Source: an uncultured Nitrospiraceae bacterium
Lineage (GTDB): Bacteria > Nitrospirota > Thermodesulfovibrionia > Thermodesulfovibrionales > UBA6898
DNA length: 64,000 nucleotides
Direction of reading: 5' to 3'
Assembly (NCBI GenBank): GCA_963811165.1
Contig: CAWEQH010000001.1
Coordinates: 512,001 to 576,000 of the forward strand
Made by a program: the position numbers and the translations under genes
In this document: positions 9,738-20,711 of the stretch, piece by piece
How the letters are laid out: the number at the start of each line of letters is the position of its first letter
How positions within the stretch are numbered: position 1 is the first letter of the stretch
Notes under the pieces: generated by a model
Told to the model about the DNA's origin: nothing
Database searches by the model: none
Seen by the model: only the letters and a program-made list of their open reading frames with translations

Positions 9738-10109
9738 GTCAGAACCTGTTCAGCTCCTGTTTTTGTATGGTCCCTATTGCGTTTTTGCTCAAAGCCTTCT
9801 CCATCGCGGCAGGGAGATACGGAACCTTTGTTTAGAAAGTTGCTATAGAATTAGATTTCTCACTTTGCTTTGAATATATGGCCTCTGACACAATATAGTC
9901 AATCCTACCGGGGTAGTGGGGAAAATGCAGGCGGGATGTCTTCCTGGCATATCTTCATAGTCTACGGTCACGCTATCGATGCGGTTTGGGCGAGCGTGTT
10001 ACGGGACAAACTTCTCAGTTATCGCGAATCGAAACTCGCGTTTAGTCCTGCGAGAAGGATAAAGAAGCGGCATGGGCTGTAAGGTCGAATTTATTCGGGA
10101 TGGATTTTA

Positions 10110-11501
10110 TCATTCCGCTTCAGCCGTTCTGGCGGAAATATGATATTTCTTCATCAGGGTATGGAAGTTTGTCCGCTGCATCCCCACGTCGGAAGATGCG
10201 CGCGAGATGTTCCCGTTGTTGCGCCTGAGCGCCTCCATGATGAAGGCCTTCTCGATGCCTTCGACCGACTTGAGTCTCAGGTCTTTCTTTTTTTCCTTGA
10301 GTTCTTCAACAGTCCGCGGAATCGACTCTTCAGAAGGAAGGTCAAGGGAGGTGAGATGTTCCGGTTTGAGTGTCTTGCCCTGGCACATGATTACCGCCCT
10401 CTGGATTGTGTTTTCAAGCTGGCGGACATTTCCCGGCCAGGGATAGAGAACCAGGAGCCTCATCGCTTCTGCGGTGATGTGGGTGACGCGTTTGTTGAGT
10501 TCTTCTGCGTACTTTTCCAGAAAGTGATGGGCGAGATGCGGGATGTCCTCCTTCCGCTCACTCAAGGGCGGCATGTGTACAGGGAAGATGTTAAGACGGT
10601 AGAAAAGGTCCTCCCTGAAGGACCCTTCTTTTGTAAGTATTCTCAGGTCCTTATTTGTCGCGGAAATAAATCTCACGTCGATGTGCACCGTCTTTTTTTC
10701 TCCGAGCGGACGGAATTCACGCTCCTGGAGCACCCTGAGCAGTTTTGCCTGCGTTTGCATATTGAGATTTCCGATTTCATCCAGAAAGATGCTGCCGCCG
10801 TTTGCAGATTCGAGCAGACCTTTTTTATTTTCCGATGCGCCGGTAAAGGCCCCCTTGGTATGTCCGAACAACTCCGACTCGATGAGCGTCTCAGGGATGG
10901 TGGTACAATCGACGACAACGAAAGGCAGGTCTTTTCTAGGGCTGTTAAAGTGAATGGCACGCGCAACGAGTTCTTTCCCCGTCCCGCTTTCCCCAGTTAT
11001 GAGGACGGTACTGCCGGTGCCGGCGACTCTTGCGATGAGCTGGAAAACTTTCTGCATCGCCTGAGATATACCGACAATGTTGCCTAGTTCGTAGTGGGAC
11101 GGTACTATCTCCTTGCTCGCTGCCTCATCGGAGGAGAGTCTGCTTAATGCCCGGGCAACGAGAGCAAGAAGGTCATCGGGGCTGAAGGGCTTTTCTATAT
11201 AATCGAACACCCCCATCTTCATGGCCCTCACCGCGGTATTGACCGTCCCGTATCCGGTCATTATGATTACCTGGGTGTCGGGCCAATTCTCTTTGATCCG
11301 TATGAGTACTTCGATGCCGTCTATGTCGGGCATCTTCAGGTCGGTAAGAACAAGATCCACTCTCCCCGCGTCCAGTAACTGCAGGCCCTCTCTCCCGGCC
11401 TTTGCCGTCCGCACTTCATACCCGGCCGGCTCAAGCACCCGACGGCAGCTTTCTCTTAGTATCTCTTCGTCATCGATGATGAGTATTCTGCCTTTATTCA
11501 T
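10110..11501 (-). CDS. Sigma54-dependent response regulator (REC-AAA-HTH)
   Basis: Receiver domain, GESGTGKE, GAFTGA, FREDLFYRLN, WPGNVRQL, C-terminal HTH. Confidence 0.95.
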   Translation of the reverse strand: MNKGRILIIDDEEILRESCRRVLEPAGYEVRTAKAGREGLQLLDAGRVDLVLTDLKMPDIDGIEVLIRIKENWPDTQVIIMTGYGTVNTAVRAMKMGVFDYIEKPFSPDDLLALVARALSRLSSDEAASKEIVPSHYELGNIVGISQAMQKVFQLIARVAGTGSTVLITGESGTGKELVARAIHFNSPRKDLPFVVVDCTTIPETLIESELFGHTKGAFTGASENKKGLLESANGGSIFLDEIGNLNMQTQAKLLRVLQEREFRPLGEKKTVHIDVRFISATNKDLRILTKEGSFREDLFYRLNIFPVHMPPLSERKEDIPHLAHHFLEKYAEELNKRVTHITAEAMRLLVLYPWPGNVRQLENTIQRAVIMCQGKTLKPEHLTSLDLPSEESIPRTVEELKEKKKDLRLKSVEGIEKAFIMEALRRNNGNISRASSDVGMQRTNFHTLMKKYHISARTAEAE

Positions 11502-11530
11502 CCCCAGCAGGCCGTAGTATTATGCAGCTC

Positions 11531-11908
11531 TTATTTTTTGTTCTTATGGTCCAACGCCTTGGAAACGGCGTTCATGAGAGCGTCGGGAGTAAAAGGTTTT
11601 TCTATATAATCGTAGGCCCCGAGCTTTATAGATTTCACCGCCGTATCGACAGTCTGGTAACCCGTAATAATGATGACCTCGACCCCGGGCCAGTCCTCTT
11701 TTATTTTTCTCAGCACCTCGATGCCGTCTATGTCAGGCATCTTTAGGTCTGTAAGCACAAGATCGAACGCCTCCTCCCCCATCATTTTGAGGCCTTCCCG
11801 ACCGTTTTTCGCCAGTTTGACCTCGAAGCCGCCCGGCGTGAGCGTACGGCTGCAACTGGTCCTGACGATGTCCTCATCATCGACTACGAGAATCTTTCCC
11901 TTTTTCAT
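11531..11908 (-). CDS. Stand-alone receiver-domain response regulator
   Basis: ILVVDDE, LTDLKMP, IITGY, KPF. Confidence 0.93.
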   Translation of the reverse strand: MKKGKILVVDDEDIVRTSCSRTLTPGGFEVKLAKNGREGLKMMGEEAFDLVLTDLKMPDIDGIEVLRKIKEDWPGVEVIIITGYQTVDTAVKSIKLGAYDYIEKPFTPDALMNAVSKALDHKNKK

Positions 11909-13485
11909 GGTGTTTCCTTATAGGCGGGGAGCTTTATAAAGAAGCTCGTGCCTTCGCCCAGTTTGGTTTTTACAGAGATGCTCCCTCCGTGCTCATGGAC
12001 AATGCCGTGACTGACGGCGAGTCCGAGCCCGGTGCCTTTGCCGACCGGCTTTGTCGTAAAGAAAGGTTCGAATATCTTTGCAAGGTTTTCGTCATCGATG
12101 CCGGGCCCTGTGTCCCGGAATTCGATTTCCACCCAATCGCCGTTGTTGTCCCGTATATTTTTCGTAACCATGGTAATAGTGCCTTTGCCTTCAATGGCAT
12201 CGGCCGCATTCATGATCATATTGAGAAATACCTGCTGGAGCTGCGAGGAATCGGCCCTCACCTTCGAAAGATACTCATCAAAATCGGTGACTATTTTAAT
12301 GTTAAAGAAATCGGCCTTGTTCCTGACGATATTGAGGGAATGGTTTATCACATCATTGATATTGGTAGGCGCTTTCTCGGCTGCGGAAGCCCTCGCAAAC
12401 CCGAGAAGCCCCTTGATAATCGTGGAGCACCGGTTGGCCTGTTCAATAATTACCTGGATGTCCTCATTTTCCTCTGATCCCGGCGGAAACTTTTTTAGAA
12501 GCAGGTGCCCAAACGTAACGATCCCGGTGAGGGGACTGTTTATCTCATGCGCGACGCCCGCAGCCATTCTGCCAAGGGAAGCCAATTTCTCTGAATGGAT
12601 AAGCTGGGCCTGGGCCCTGTGTATGGCCTCAGTCTTTTCCTGGACCTTTTTTTCAAGGGTATTGCCCCATTCCACAAGTTCGTTCTTGGCCTTTTTCAGG
12701 TCCGAGGTCATGGCGTTGAACGCCTGTGCAAGTTCGCCTATTTCGTCTTTTGTGTTGATGTCCAGGTGATAATCGAGGTCACCGCCCGCAACCTTTTCCA
12801 TCCCCCGGGTCAGAAGGCTGACGGGTGTGGAGACAAGGTTCCATAGAATAGTGCAGAGCACGACTGAAATGACAAACAGAAAAACGAGGACATAAGCCGT
12901 AATCGCCAGCCCCTGATTTTTTATGCTATTGTCCAAAAGGGCGAGGGAAAGGTTCGCCTCAACCAGTCCGAGGACCCTCTGTTCCTTCGGGTGTGCGTGA
13001 CATACTGAGGTATAGCAGGCGGCCTCATTATAGATCGGCTGGATAATATTGAGCACCCTGAAGTTCTTGCCTTTGGTTATCAAAACGGTTGCCGTATCCT
13101 TGGGGTGTTCACCCCCCGCAGAATGGCAGCCTACGCAGATAAGGGATTTCATGTCAACCGCCGTACCGATGTCTTTTTTGTCAGACGAATAGGCGATCTT
13201 TCCCTTATTGTCGAAGACGCGGACGCGAAGGACCCCCTCGGCAGACCCAATCGCCTCTATTGTCTGCTGTATGAGGAGTTGCTGAAAGGTGAGCATCCCG
13301 TATCGGGTGCTCTTCCTTACGTAATCAACATAGGAATGACCGTATTTTATGGAATTCTGGATAAGCTCGTTTTCCTGATGCCGGAAGAGAAAATACCAGA
13401 AGATGGTACTCCCTACAACCATCAACGTCCCTATAGTGAGGATGAGCTTTCCGGTCAATGAATGTAAGGATTTTCTTACGAGCAT
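11905..13485 (-). CDS. Membrane sensor histidine kinase with HAMP domain and periplasmic heme-c motifs
   Basis: Two TM segments, CVGCH and CYTSVCH between them, HAMP (DEIGELAQAFNAM), H-box AHEINSPL, N/G boxes. Confidence 0.92.
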   Translation of the reverse strand: MLVRKSLHSLTGKLILTIGTLMVVGSTIFWYFLFRHQENELIQNSIKYGHSYVDYVRKSTRYGMLTFQQLLIQQTIEAIGSAEGVLRVRVFDNKGKIAYSSDKKDIGTAVDMKSLICVGCHSAGGEHPKDTATVLITKGKNFRVLNIIQPIYNEAACYTSVCHAHPKEQRVLGLVEANLSLALLDNSIKNQGLAITAYVLVFLFVISVVLCTILWNLVSTPVSLLTRGMEKVAGGDLDYHLDINTKDEIGELAQAFNAMTSDLKKAKNELVEWGNTLEKKVQEKTEAIHRAQAQLIHSEKLASLGRMAAGVAHEINSPLTGIVTFGHLLLKKFPPGSEENEDIQVIIEQANRCSTIIKGLLGFARASAAEKAPTNINDVINHSLNIVRNKADFFNIKIVTDFDEYLSKVRADSSQLQQVFLNMIMNAADAIEGKGTITMVTKNIRDNNGDWVEIEFRDTGPGIDDENLAKIFEPFFTTKPVGKGTGLGLAVSHGIVHEHGGSISVKTKLGEGTSFFIKLPAYKETP

Positions 13486-13560
13486 CTTTTAGGAAAATGT
13501 ATACTATTTCACCCGGTTTATGCAACAAAAAAACCTAAAACTATAGTTTTAATTTTTTAC

Positions 13561-13589
13561 TTGACTTCCCGAACGATTTTCCTTATAAC
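13561..13589 (+). promoter_or_regulatory. Candidate sigma70 promoter of the nuo operon
   Basis: TTGACT-N17-TATAAC upstream of nuoA. Confidence 0.55.
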
Positions 13590-13635
13590 TTATTACTGCA
13601 TGGTAAAACATTATACTATTTTGCCCGGTGCTTTT

Positions 13636-13992
13636 ATGCCGTCGGAATATCTGCCGATCTTGATTTTTTTCATGGTCGCCACGGCCTTCGGGCTAGGTGC
13701 CCTCGTCCTCGGCGAGCTTTTCCGGATAAAGAGACCCTATCCCGAGAAGCTCATGCCTTACGAATCGGGGAACGCGCCGGTCGGCGAGCCCCGCATGAGA
13801 TTTTCAGTAAAGTTTTATATTATCGCAATGCTGTTTGTCGTGTTCGACGTTGAAGCGGTCTTCCTTTATCCATGGGCGGTTGTATTCGACAAGATCGGCA
13901 TGTATGCCTTTATTGAGATGATTGTTTTTATCATAATTCTCCTTGCGGGTTATGTATATGCGTGGAAGAAAGGGGCGTTTATTTGGGATTAA
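13636..13992 (+). CDS. nuoA: NADH-quinone oxidoreductase subunit A
   Basis: [34 protein letters not shown]. Confidence 0.96.
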   Translation: MPSEYLPILIFFMVATAFGLGALVLGELFRIKRPYPEKLMPYESGNAPVGEPRMRFSVKFYIIAMLFVVFDVEAVFLYPWAVVFDKIGMYAFIEMIVFIIILLAGYVYAWKKGAFIWD

Positions 13993-14510
13993 TTCAGGGG
14001 TTAGAGACAGTAACGCTTGTTGAGGTCGAAGAAGGCACGAGAATCATGTCTCCCAATATTATCATTACCTCCATGGATAAACTGATAAACTGGGGGAGAC
14101 GGTCGTCCCTATGGCCGATGACCTTCGGGCTTGCCTGCTGTGCCATTGAAATGATGGCGACGTACGCCAGTCATAACGACCTCGACAGGATGGGGATAAT
14201 CCCGAGGGGTTCCCCGAGGCAGTCTGATTTTATGTTCGTCGCCGGCACTGTTACAAAAAAAATGTCCCAGATCGTCAGAAGGGTCTATGATCAGATGCCC
14301 GAGCCCAGATACGTGATCTCGGTGGGAAGCTGCGCCAACAGCGGAGGCATTTTCAATACCTACAGTACGGTGCAGGGATGCGACACCTTTTTACCGATCG
14401 ATGTATATATCCCGGGTTGTCCGCCGAGGCCCGAGGCCTTTATCGACGGGATAATCAAGCTCCAAGAAAAGATCAAGGCGGAACAGTTCCACTGGAGCCG
14501 CTGGCGTTAA
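13983..14510 (+). CDS. nuoB: NADH-quinone oxidoreductase subunit B
   Basis: [34 protein letters not shown]; the TTG start is inferred. Confidence 0.95.
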   Translation: MGLIQGLETVTLVEVEEGTRIMSPNIIITSMDKLINWGRRSSLWPMTFGLACCAIEMMATYASHNDLDRMGIIPRGSPRQSDFMFVAGTVTKKMSQIVRRVYDQMPEPRYVISVGSCANSGGIFNTYSTVQGCDTFLPIDVYIPGCPPRPEAFIDGIIKLQEKIKAEQFHWSRWR

Positions 14511-14591
14511 GGCGGGAGAGCGGCGTTAGCCGGCAGTTCGTAGTCATAGCCTGAAGTTAAATTTTGAGAGAGGAACGCGGACTTAGGGGTT

Positions 14592-15126
14592 ATGGAAGCA
14601 TTACAGGTCGCCGAAAAGATAAAGGAAAGATTTCCTGAAGAGGTTCTTGACGTAAAGGAATTCAGGGGACAGGTGTCCGTTACCCTGAAAAAAGAGAGGA
14701 TACTCGACATCTGCAGATTCCTACACGACGACCCCGAACTATTCTTCGATTACCTTGTAGATGTCTGCGGGGTCGATTATCTCGGGAAGAATGAAAAGAG
14801 GTTCGAGGTCGTATACCATCTCTATTCGATAAAACACCGTCATGCCCTCAGATTAAAGGCAGAAGTGGCCGATGACAAACCATCCATAGATTCAGTCATG
14901 CCCGTATGGATCGGAGCGAACTGGCACGAGCGGGAGGCATATGACATGTACGGTATTGTCTTTAATGGGCATCCTGACCTTAGGAGAGTACTCATGCCGG
15001 AAGACTGGGAAGGGTATCCGCTTGAGAAAAGACTATCCGTTACAGGGCCCGGAAAAGGAGTGGTCCGGCTTCATCGAGATTCTCGATAAAGCAAAGAGGT
15101 ACAGGGAATTCGAGTGGCACGGATGA
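14592..15126 (+). CDS. nuoC: NADH-quinone oxidoreductase subunit C (one frameshift near 15021)
   Basis: RFEVVYHLYS, WHEREAYDMYG, HPDLRR; the PLRKDYPL motif is split across two frames. Confidence 0.9.
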
Positions 15127-15162
15127 GCACTGAGGATAATAAGGGGCAGAATTTTCATAAAT

Positions 15163-16362
15163 ATGGAAGAGATGGAATCTAAAGAAAAGACGTTCGAGAC
15201 TCAAGAGCTGACGATCAGCATGGGCCCCCAGCACCCGGCGACGCACGGTGTTCTGAGGCTGTTGCTCGACCTCGACGGCGAAAATGTGGTCAAGTGTACC
15301 CCCTATGTCGGTTATCTCCATCGGGGCGTTGAGAAACTCGGGGAAAACAGGACCTATTTTGCTGCCCTTCCTCTTAGCGACCGGCTTGATTACATATCTT
15401 CCATGAACAACAATGTCGGCTACGTCAACGCTGTGGAAAAGCTCTTCGGTATCGAAGCTCCGGAAAGGGCCAAGTTCATAAGAACAATGGTTGCCGAGAT
15501 GGGGAGGATATCTAGCCATATCATCTGGCTAGGAACGCATGTCTTGGACATCGGGGCCACCACTCCTTTCTTGCATGCGATGGCCCAGAGAGAACGCATT
15601 CTCGACCTTTTCGAGATGCTCTGCGGAGCGAGGCTTACCGTGAGTTATCCGCGGGTCGGCGGTGTCCGCAATGATATTTCTCAGGAGTTTCTCGATGCCC
15701 TTTATGAATTTGCTCTTGAGTTCCCTTCGCATATGGACGATTATGAGACCCTTGTCACTGAAAACAGGATATGGAAGGACAGGACGGTAGGTATCGGTGT
15801 CATCTCGGCCGAAGAGGCGATAAACTGGGGTCTTACAGGCGGTATGCTGAGGGGCTCCGGAGTTGATTATGACATAAGGAGATATGCTCCTTATGATGCA
15901 TATGACAAGGTCGAGTTCGATGTGCCTGTCGGCAAGAAAGGCGACTGTTACGACAGGTATCTTGTCAGGGTGGGAGAGATGAGGCAGGCAAACAGGATAA
16001 TGAAACAGTGTATAGAGAAACTGCCTGCGGGGCCTAGTCATGGCGGATGCGCCTAAATTGACCCTGCCGCCCAAGGACATGATCCTCAAGGACATGGAGC
16101 ATCTTATCCACCAATTTATCCTGATTACGAAAGGCCCGTCCGTTGCCGAAGGCGAGGTTTACATGTGCGACCGAGGTGCCCAAGGGAGAACTCGGCTTTT
16201 ATTTTGTGAGCGACGGAACGGGGAAGCCTTACAGGATGAGGGTGAGGGCGCCTTCATTCGTCCATGCTTCGGTGCTTCCGAGGTTGTGAGGGAGGGATGA
16301 TCGCAGACGTTATAGCGAACATAGGGACGATAGATATTGTCCTTGGAGAATGTGACAGGTAA
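15163..16362 (+). CDS. nuoD: NADH-quinone oxidoreductase subunit D (frameshifts near 16036, 16166, 16287)
   Basis: [39 protein letters not shown] and DIVLGECDR* are recovered in shifted frames. Confidence 0.92.
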
Positions 16363-16381
16363 AAAAGGTCAAAAGATAAAA

Positions 16382-16850
16382 ATGTTTAATGAAGCTGCAA
16401 GGAAAGAACTGGAAGAGATAAGGCTGAAATACCCGACGTGCAAGGGCAGCGCTCCTGCCGGCCCTTTATGTGGCCCAGAGGGAGTTCGGCTGGTCTGTCT
16501 CCGGACGCATATGAGACGGTGTCGGACCTGCTCGGCAGTGCCGAAGGCGATCGCCCGGGGTGTAGGGACTTTCTATGCGATGTACAAACATAAGCCTGCC
16601 GGCAGAAACAGTCGTGCAACTCTGCACGAATGTCTCATGCATGATCCTGGGCGCCGAAAGACTTGTGGATTTCCTGAAGGACAAATACGGGCTTGAACCC
16701 GGGGGGACGACCCAGGACGGAAGGTTTTCTCTTGTGATTATGGAGTGTATCGGTGCATGCGGCACTGCGCCGGCGATGCTTGTGAATGATGATTTTTATG
16801 AAAATCTGACTGAAAAATACATAGAAGAAATACTTGGTAGATATAAATAG
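16382..16850 (+). CDS. nuoE: NADH-quinone oxidoreductase subunit E (four single-base insertions)
   Basis: ALLPALYVAQREFGW, TFYAMY, CTNVSC and CIGAC 2Fe-2S motifs across frames. Confidence 0.88.
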
Positions 16851-16855
16851 ACGAC

Positions 16856-18118
16856 ATGGGAAAGGTACTCCTTAAAAATATAGAAAATCCAAACTCTGCG
16901 GATATAAACGAATATATAAAGGCAGGCGGCTACAGGAGTCTTCCGAAGGCGCTCGGTATGGTGCCCAAGGAGTTGATAGAAGAGGTCAAGAAGGCCGGTT
17001 TGAGGGGCCGGGGCGGAGCAGGGTTCCCGGTCGCCATGAAGTGGACCTTTGCCTCTGCAGACCCCAAATTCCCAAAGTACCTTCTGTGCAATGCAGACGA
17101 GGGTGAGCCGGGAACCTTTAAGGACAGGCCGATACTCGAAAAGAACCCCCATCTTCTTATCGAGGGGATGGCTATTTCAGGGTTTGCGCTCAGCGCTGAA
17201 TACGGTTATATATATCTCAGGGGCGAATATCCTGCCGCAAAGCATATCTTGAAAAGGCGATCAGCCAAGCCTATGAAAAAGGTTTCCTCGGGGACAATGT
17301 TGCGGGCAAGGGAGTGAAATTTCACCTTGCGGTACATCAGGGCGCCGGGGCTTACATATGCGGCGAGGAGACGGCGTTGATCGAGTCCCTCGAAGGCGAC
17401 AAGGGGCAGCCGAGGATCAAGCCCCCTTTCCCGGTGAATGTAGGTGTATTTTGCGAAACCGACTGTCGTCAATAATGTCGAGACCCTTTCGAATTTGCCG
17501 TATATCATCGAGATCGGCGGGGAGGCGTATGCGAAGATAGGAAGCCCCGACTGTCCCGGACCCAAGATCTATTGCGTCTGCGGACATGTGGAAAAGCCCG
17601 GAGTGTATGAGCTGCCAATGGGGACCAATCTTAAGGATATTATCTACACGCATTGCGGCGGGATAAAGGGAGGCAAAAAGTTGAAGGCGGTCATCCCCGG
17701 CGGGATATCGACGCCGGTGCTTCCCCCGGACAAGATAGATTGTCCCATGGACTTCGTAAACATGCCGAAACACGGCAGCATGCTGGGCTCCGGCGCCGTG
17801 ATTGTCATGGATGAGACGGTCTGCCTCGTCAAGGTCTGCTATAGGGCACTCAAATTTTTCGAGCATGAATCATGCGGCAAGTGTTCGCCGTGTCGTGAAG
17901 GGACAGGATGGTTGAGGAAGATATTGGGAAGGATCGATAGCGGAGAGGGCACGGAAGGAGACATTGATCTTTTGCTGTCCATCTCAGCGAATATGCTCGG
18001 GAAGACCTTCTGTCCTCTAGGGGACGGGGCAGCATCTGTTGTACAGAATTTCATTAAACATTTCAGGTCCGAATTCGAGGATCATATCAGAAATAAGGCC
18101 TGCACAGTAGCAGGATAA
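16856..18118 (+). CDS. nuoF: NADH-quinone oxidoreductase subunit F (two compensating frameshifts, about 17248 and 17451)
   Basis: [36 protein letters not shown] (shifted frame), [23 protein letters not shown]. Confidence 0.92.
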
Positions 18119-18128
18119 CGGACAATCG

Positions 18129-20711
18129 ATGATAAAAGTAACGATCAACGGAAAAGAGATAACCCTTGAAAAAGCGGTCACGGTACTTGAGGCTGCCAGG
18201 TCAGCCGGGATCAAGATTCCGACGCTCTGCTATCATGAGCAGCTTGAAAAGTACGGCGGCTGCAGATTATGCCTTGTGGAGGTCGAGAAGATGCCGCGTC
18301 TTCAGACCGCTTGTACCCTGATGGTCACAGACGGCATGACCGTCAGGACTGAAACCGAGGCGATCACGAATGTAAGAAGGAGCATACTCGAATTTCTCCT
18401 TATCAACCATCCGCTTGACTGCCCTTACTGCGACAAGGCCGGCGAATGCGAACTTCAGGACCTGGTCGAAAAGTACGGTCCTGCAACGAGCCGCTTCAAA
18501 GAGGCCAAGAGAAAAGTGCCTGAAAGCCTGGAAGACCCTGTCATTGTCAGGAATATGGAGAGATGCATAGTTTGCACAAGATGTGTGAGGATGTGCGAAG
18601 GCGTTCAGGGTGCGGCGGCCATAGCCGTCATAGACAGAGGCGGCCACTCCCATATCGAACCCTTCTCGGGCGGCAAGTTCGATTGTGAATACTGCGGCAA
18701 TTGCGTTTCTGTCTGTCCGGTGGGAGCCATAATGTCGAGGCTCCACAGACACAGTTACAGGCCATGGCAGATGGTAAATGAAACTGAAACAATATGCCCT
18801 TACTGCGGGGTCGGTTGTACCCTCATAGTGCAGGTCCGCGATGATGTCATAAAAAGGGTCGTCCCCCGGATAGGTACGGCAGTCAATAACGGACTTCTCT
18901 GCTCCCGCGGACGGTTCGGCTACGAGTTCGTCGGACATAAGGACAGACTCACTTCGCCGCTGATTAGAAAGAACGGCGTCCTTGAAGAGGCGACATGGGA
19001 AGAGGCCATCAGCCTCGTTGCCAAAAAACTTGGAGAGATAAAGGGAAGTTTCGGAGGCTCTTCGATCGCGGGGATAGCCTCGCCGAGGTGCACAAACGAG
19101 GACAATTACGTTTTCCAGAAGTTCATGAGGGTCACCCTCGGGACTAACAATATAGACAGCACCGCCAGGACAGGGTATGCAGGGGCGCAGGGCTTTATCG
19201 AGAATATCTTCGGGCAAGGGTCTACGGCAAATCTTATCCCCGGTATTTCAAAATCCGATGCCGTCTTTGTCGCCGGAGGCGATCCGACTGCGATAAACCC
19301 TATACTGGGGCTTCAGATAAGGGCCTGTTCAAGAAAGGGAGGAAGTATTCTCACGGTGGGCCACATAAAAGGGCTCAGGCATTATACGCCCGTGGAATTG
19401 AGGCCTTCACTCTTTTCGGAAGCTGTCTTGCTCGAGGGGATCGTATCGGCCCTGAAGGACAAGAAAGGTCTTCCAGGAGCGAATCAGATCCTGGAGGAAA
19501 AGATAAAAGATATCGCTGTCTCCTCCGCAGATGTCGTTAAAAGTTGCGGCGTTTCGGAAAAAGACTTTACCGCATTCATCGACAAGCTCTCGGGCTCCTC
19601 TAACGCGTCGGTAGTTATCGGCAAAGAAATCGTCCAAAGCGACGGCGGTAATTATAAGCTCCTGCTTTTGGCGGCGATTACGTATCTCATAAACGGCAGG
19701 GTCTATCTGCTTTCCGAGCGTGCGAACGAACAGGGGCTTTTAGACATGGGGTGCGCGCCGGACCTTCTGCCTGGATACAGGCCGCTCGGATACGCCGAAT
19801 TCAGAAAAAAGTATGAAATAGTATGGAAGACCCCGGTCCCGGAGCGGCCCGGTCTTACGATATTTGAAATGATCGGGGCCGCAAAGAGCGGATCCTTAAA
19901 GGCGATGTACATAATGGGCGAGAACCCGGTGTTCAATCTGCCGAACTCTAAAGAAGTAGAGGCCGCGCTCAAGAAGGTCGATTTCCTCGTCGTGCAGGAC
20001 ATATTCCTTACCGAAAGCGCCAAACTGGCCGATGTGGTGCTTCCTGCCCTCAGCTGGTCGGAAAAGAACGGCACTTACACAAACATGGAAAGAAGGATCC
20101 AGCGCCTTAGAAAAGCGGTGGGCCGCGAAGGCATGGAGGACTGGAGAATCATTTCGGAGATTTCAAAAAATATGGCCTCCAAGATGCACTATGCGGACGC
20201 AGAGGACGTTTTTTCCGAGATAAGTAAGGTCTCTCCTCTGCACAGGGACCTCTCCTATGGCGAGATAGGAAAAGAAACCGCAATATATCCTTATAAGGGA
20301 GAGCCTCTCAGGGGCGTTACAGGAGAGATCCGGGCAGAGAAGAGCAGTTCTGTCGCAGTGGCGGGTAAACTCTATCTGAGACTCGAAAGACCTTTGTTCC
20401 ACTCAGGGACACTCAGCAGAAAGGCTCAGGCGTTAGTAAATATATATGCCGCGGCAGTGGCGAGGATAAGTCCGGCCACGGCAGACAGGCTAGCCCTAAA
20501 CGAAGGCGATGTCATTAAAATATCGACGGTGCCCGGGTCCCTGGACCTCCCGGTGGCTGTCGATAAGGATGTTGATGATTCTGTGGTAATGCTGACGAAC
20601 AATTTTGAGGGCAAGGGGGCATTCAGCCTGATAGAATATTCGATCGACCCTGTTACAAAGGCCCCTGTCATCGACGGAAATGTCGTAACGGTGGAGAAGG
20701 TGGGCAGATGA
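18129..20711 (+). CDS. nuoG: NADH-quinone oxidoreductase subunit G (long, molybdopterin-oxidoreductase fold)
   Basis: CRLCLVE...QTAC, HPLDCPYCDKAGEC, CIVCTRCVRMC, CEYCGNCVSVCP, CPYCGVGC; lies between nuoF and nuoH. Confidence 0.92.
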   Translation: MIKVTINGKEITLEKAVTVLEAARSAGIKIPTLCYHEQLEKYGGCRLCLVEVEKMPRLQTACTLMVTDGMTVRTETEAITNVRRSILEFLLINHPLDCPYCDKAGECELQDLVEKYGPATSRFKEAKRKVPESLEDPVIVRNMERCIVCTRCVRMCEGVQGAAAIAVIDRGGHSHIEPFSGGKFDCEYCGNCVSVCPVGAIMSRLHRHSYRPWQMVNETETICPYCGVGCTLIVQVRDDVIKRVVPRIGTAVNNGLLCSRGRFGYEFVGHKDRLTSPLIRKNGVLEEATWEEAISLVAKKLGEIKGSFGGSSIAGIASPRCTNEDNYVFQKFMRVTLGTNNIDSTARTGYAGAQGFIENIFGQGSTANLIPGISKSDAVFVAGGDPTAINPILGLQIRACSRKGGSILTVGHIKGLRHYTPVELRPSLFSEAVLLEGIVSALKDKKGLPGANQILEEKIKDIAVSSADVVKSCGVSEKDFTAFIDKLSGSSNASVVIGKEIVQSDGGNYKLLLLAAITYLINGRVYLLSERANEQGLLDMGCAPDLLPGYRPLGYAEFRKKYEIVWKTPVPERPGLTIFEMIGAAKSGSLKAMYIMGENPVFNLPNSKEVEAALKKVDFLVVQDIFLTESAKLADVVLPALSWSEKNGTYTNMERRIQRLRKAVGREGMEDWRIISEISKNMASKMHYADAEDVFSEISKVSPLHRDLSYGEIGKETAIYPYKGEPLRGVTGEIRAEKSSSVAVAGKLYLRLERPLFHSGTLSRKAQALVNIYAAAVARISPATADRLALNEGDVIKISTVPGSLDLPVAVDKDVDDSVVMLTNNFEGKGAFSLIEYSIDPVTKAPVIDGNVVTVEKVGR

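Noticed and set aside
10140..11087. Long antisense ORFs (also 18267-19217, 23180-24229, 62894-63919)
   Set aside because: They lie opposite well-supported genes, lack motifs and RBS, and are expected from codon bias.
16284..16292. TGA at the position of a Cys in the NuoD C-terminus (possible selenocysteine)
   Set aside because: The conserved downstream sequence is in another frame, so this is an indel in a TG repeat, not readthrough.
15015..17455. Programmed frameshifting or editing in nuoC-F
   Set aside because: Indels are numerous, mostly not at slippery sites and confined to one patch; assembly error is more parsimonious.
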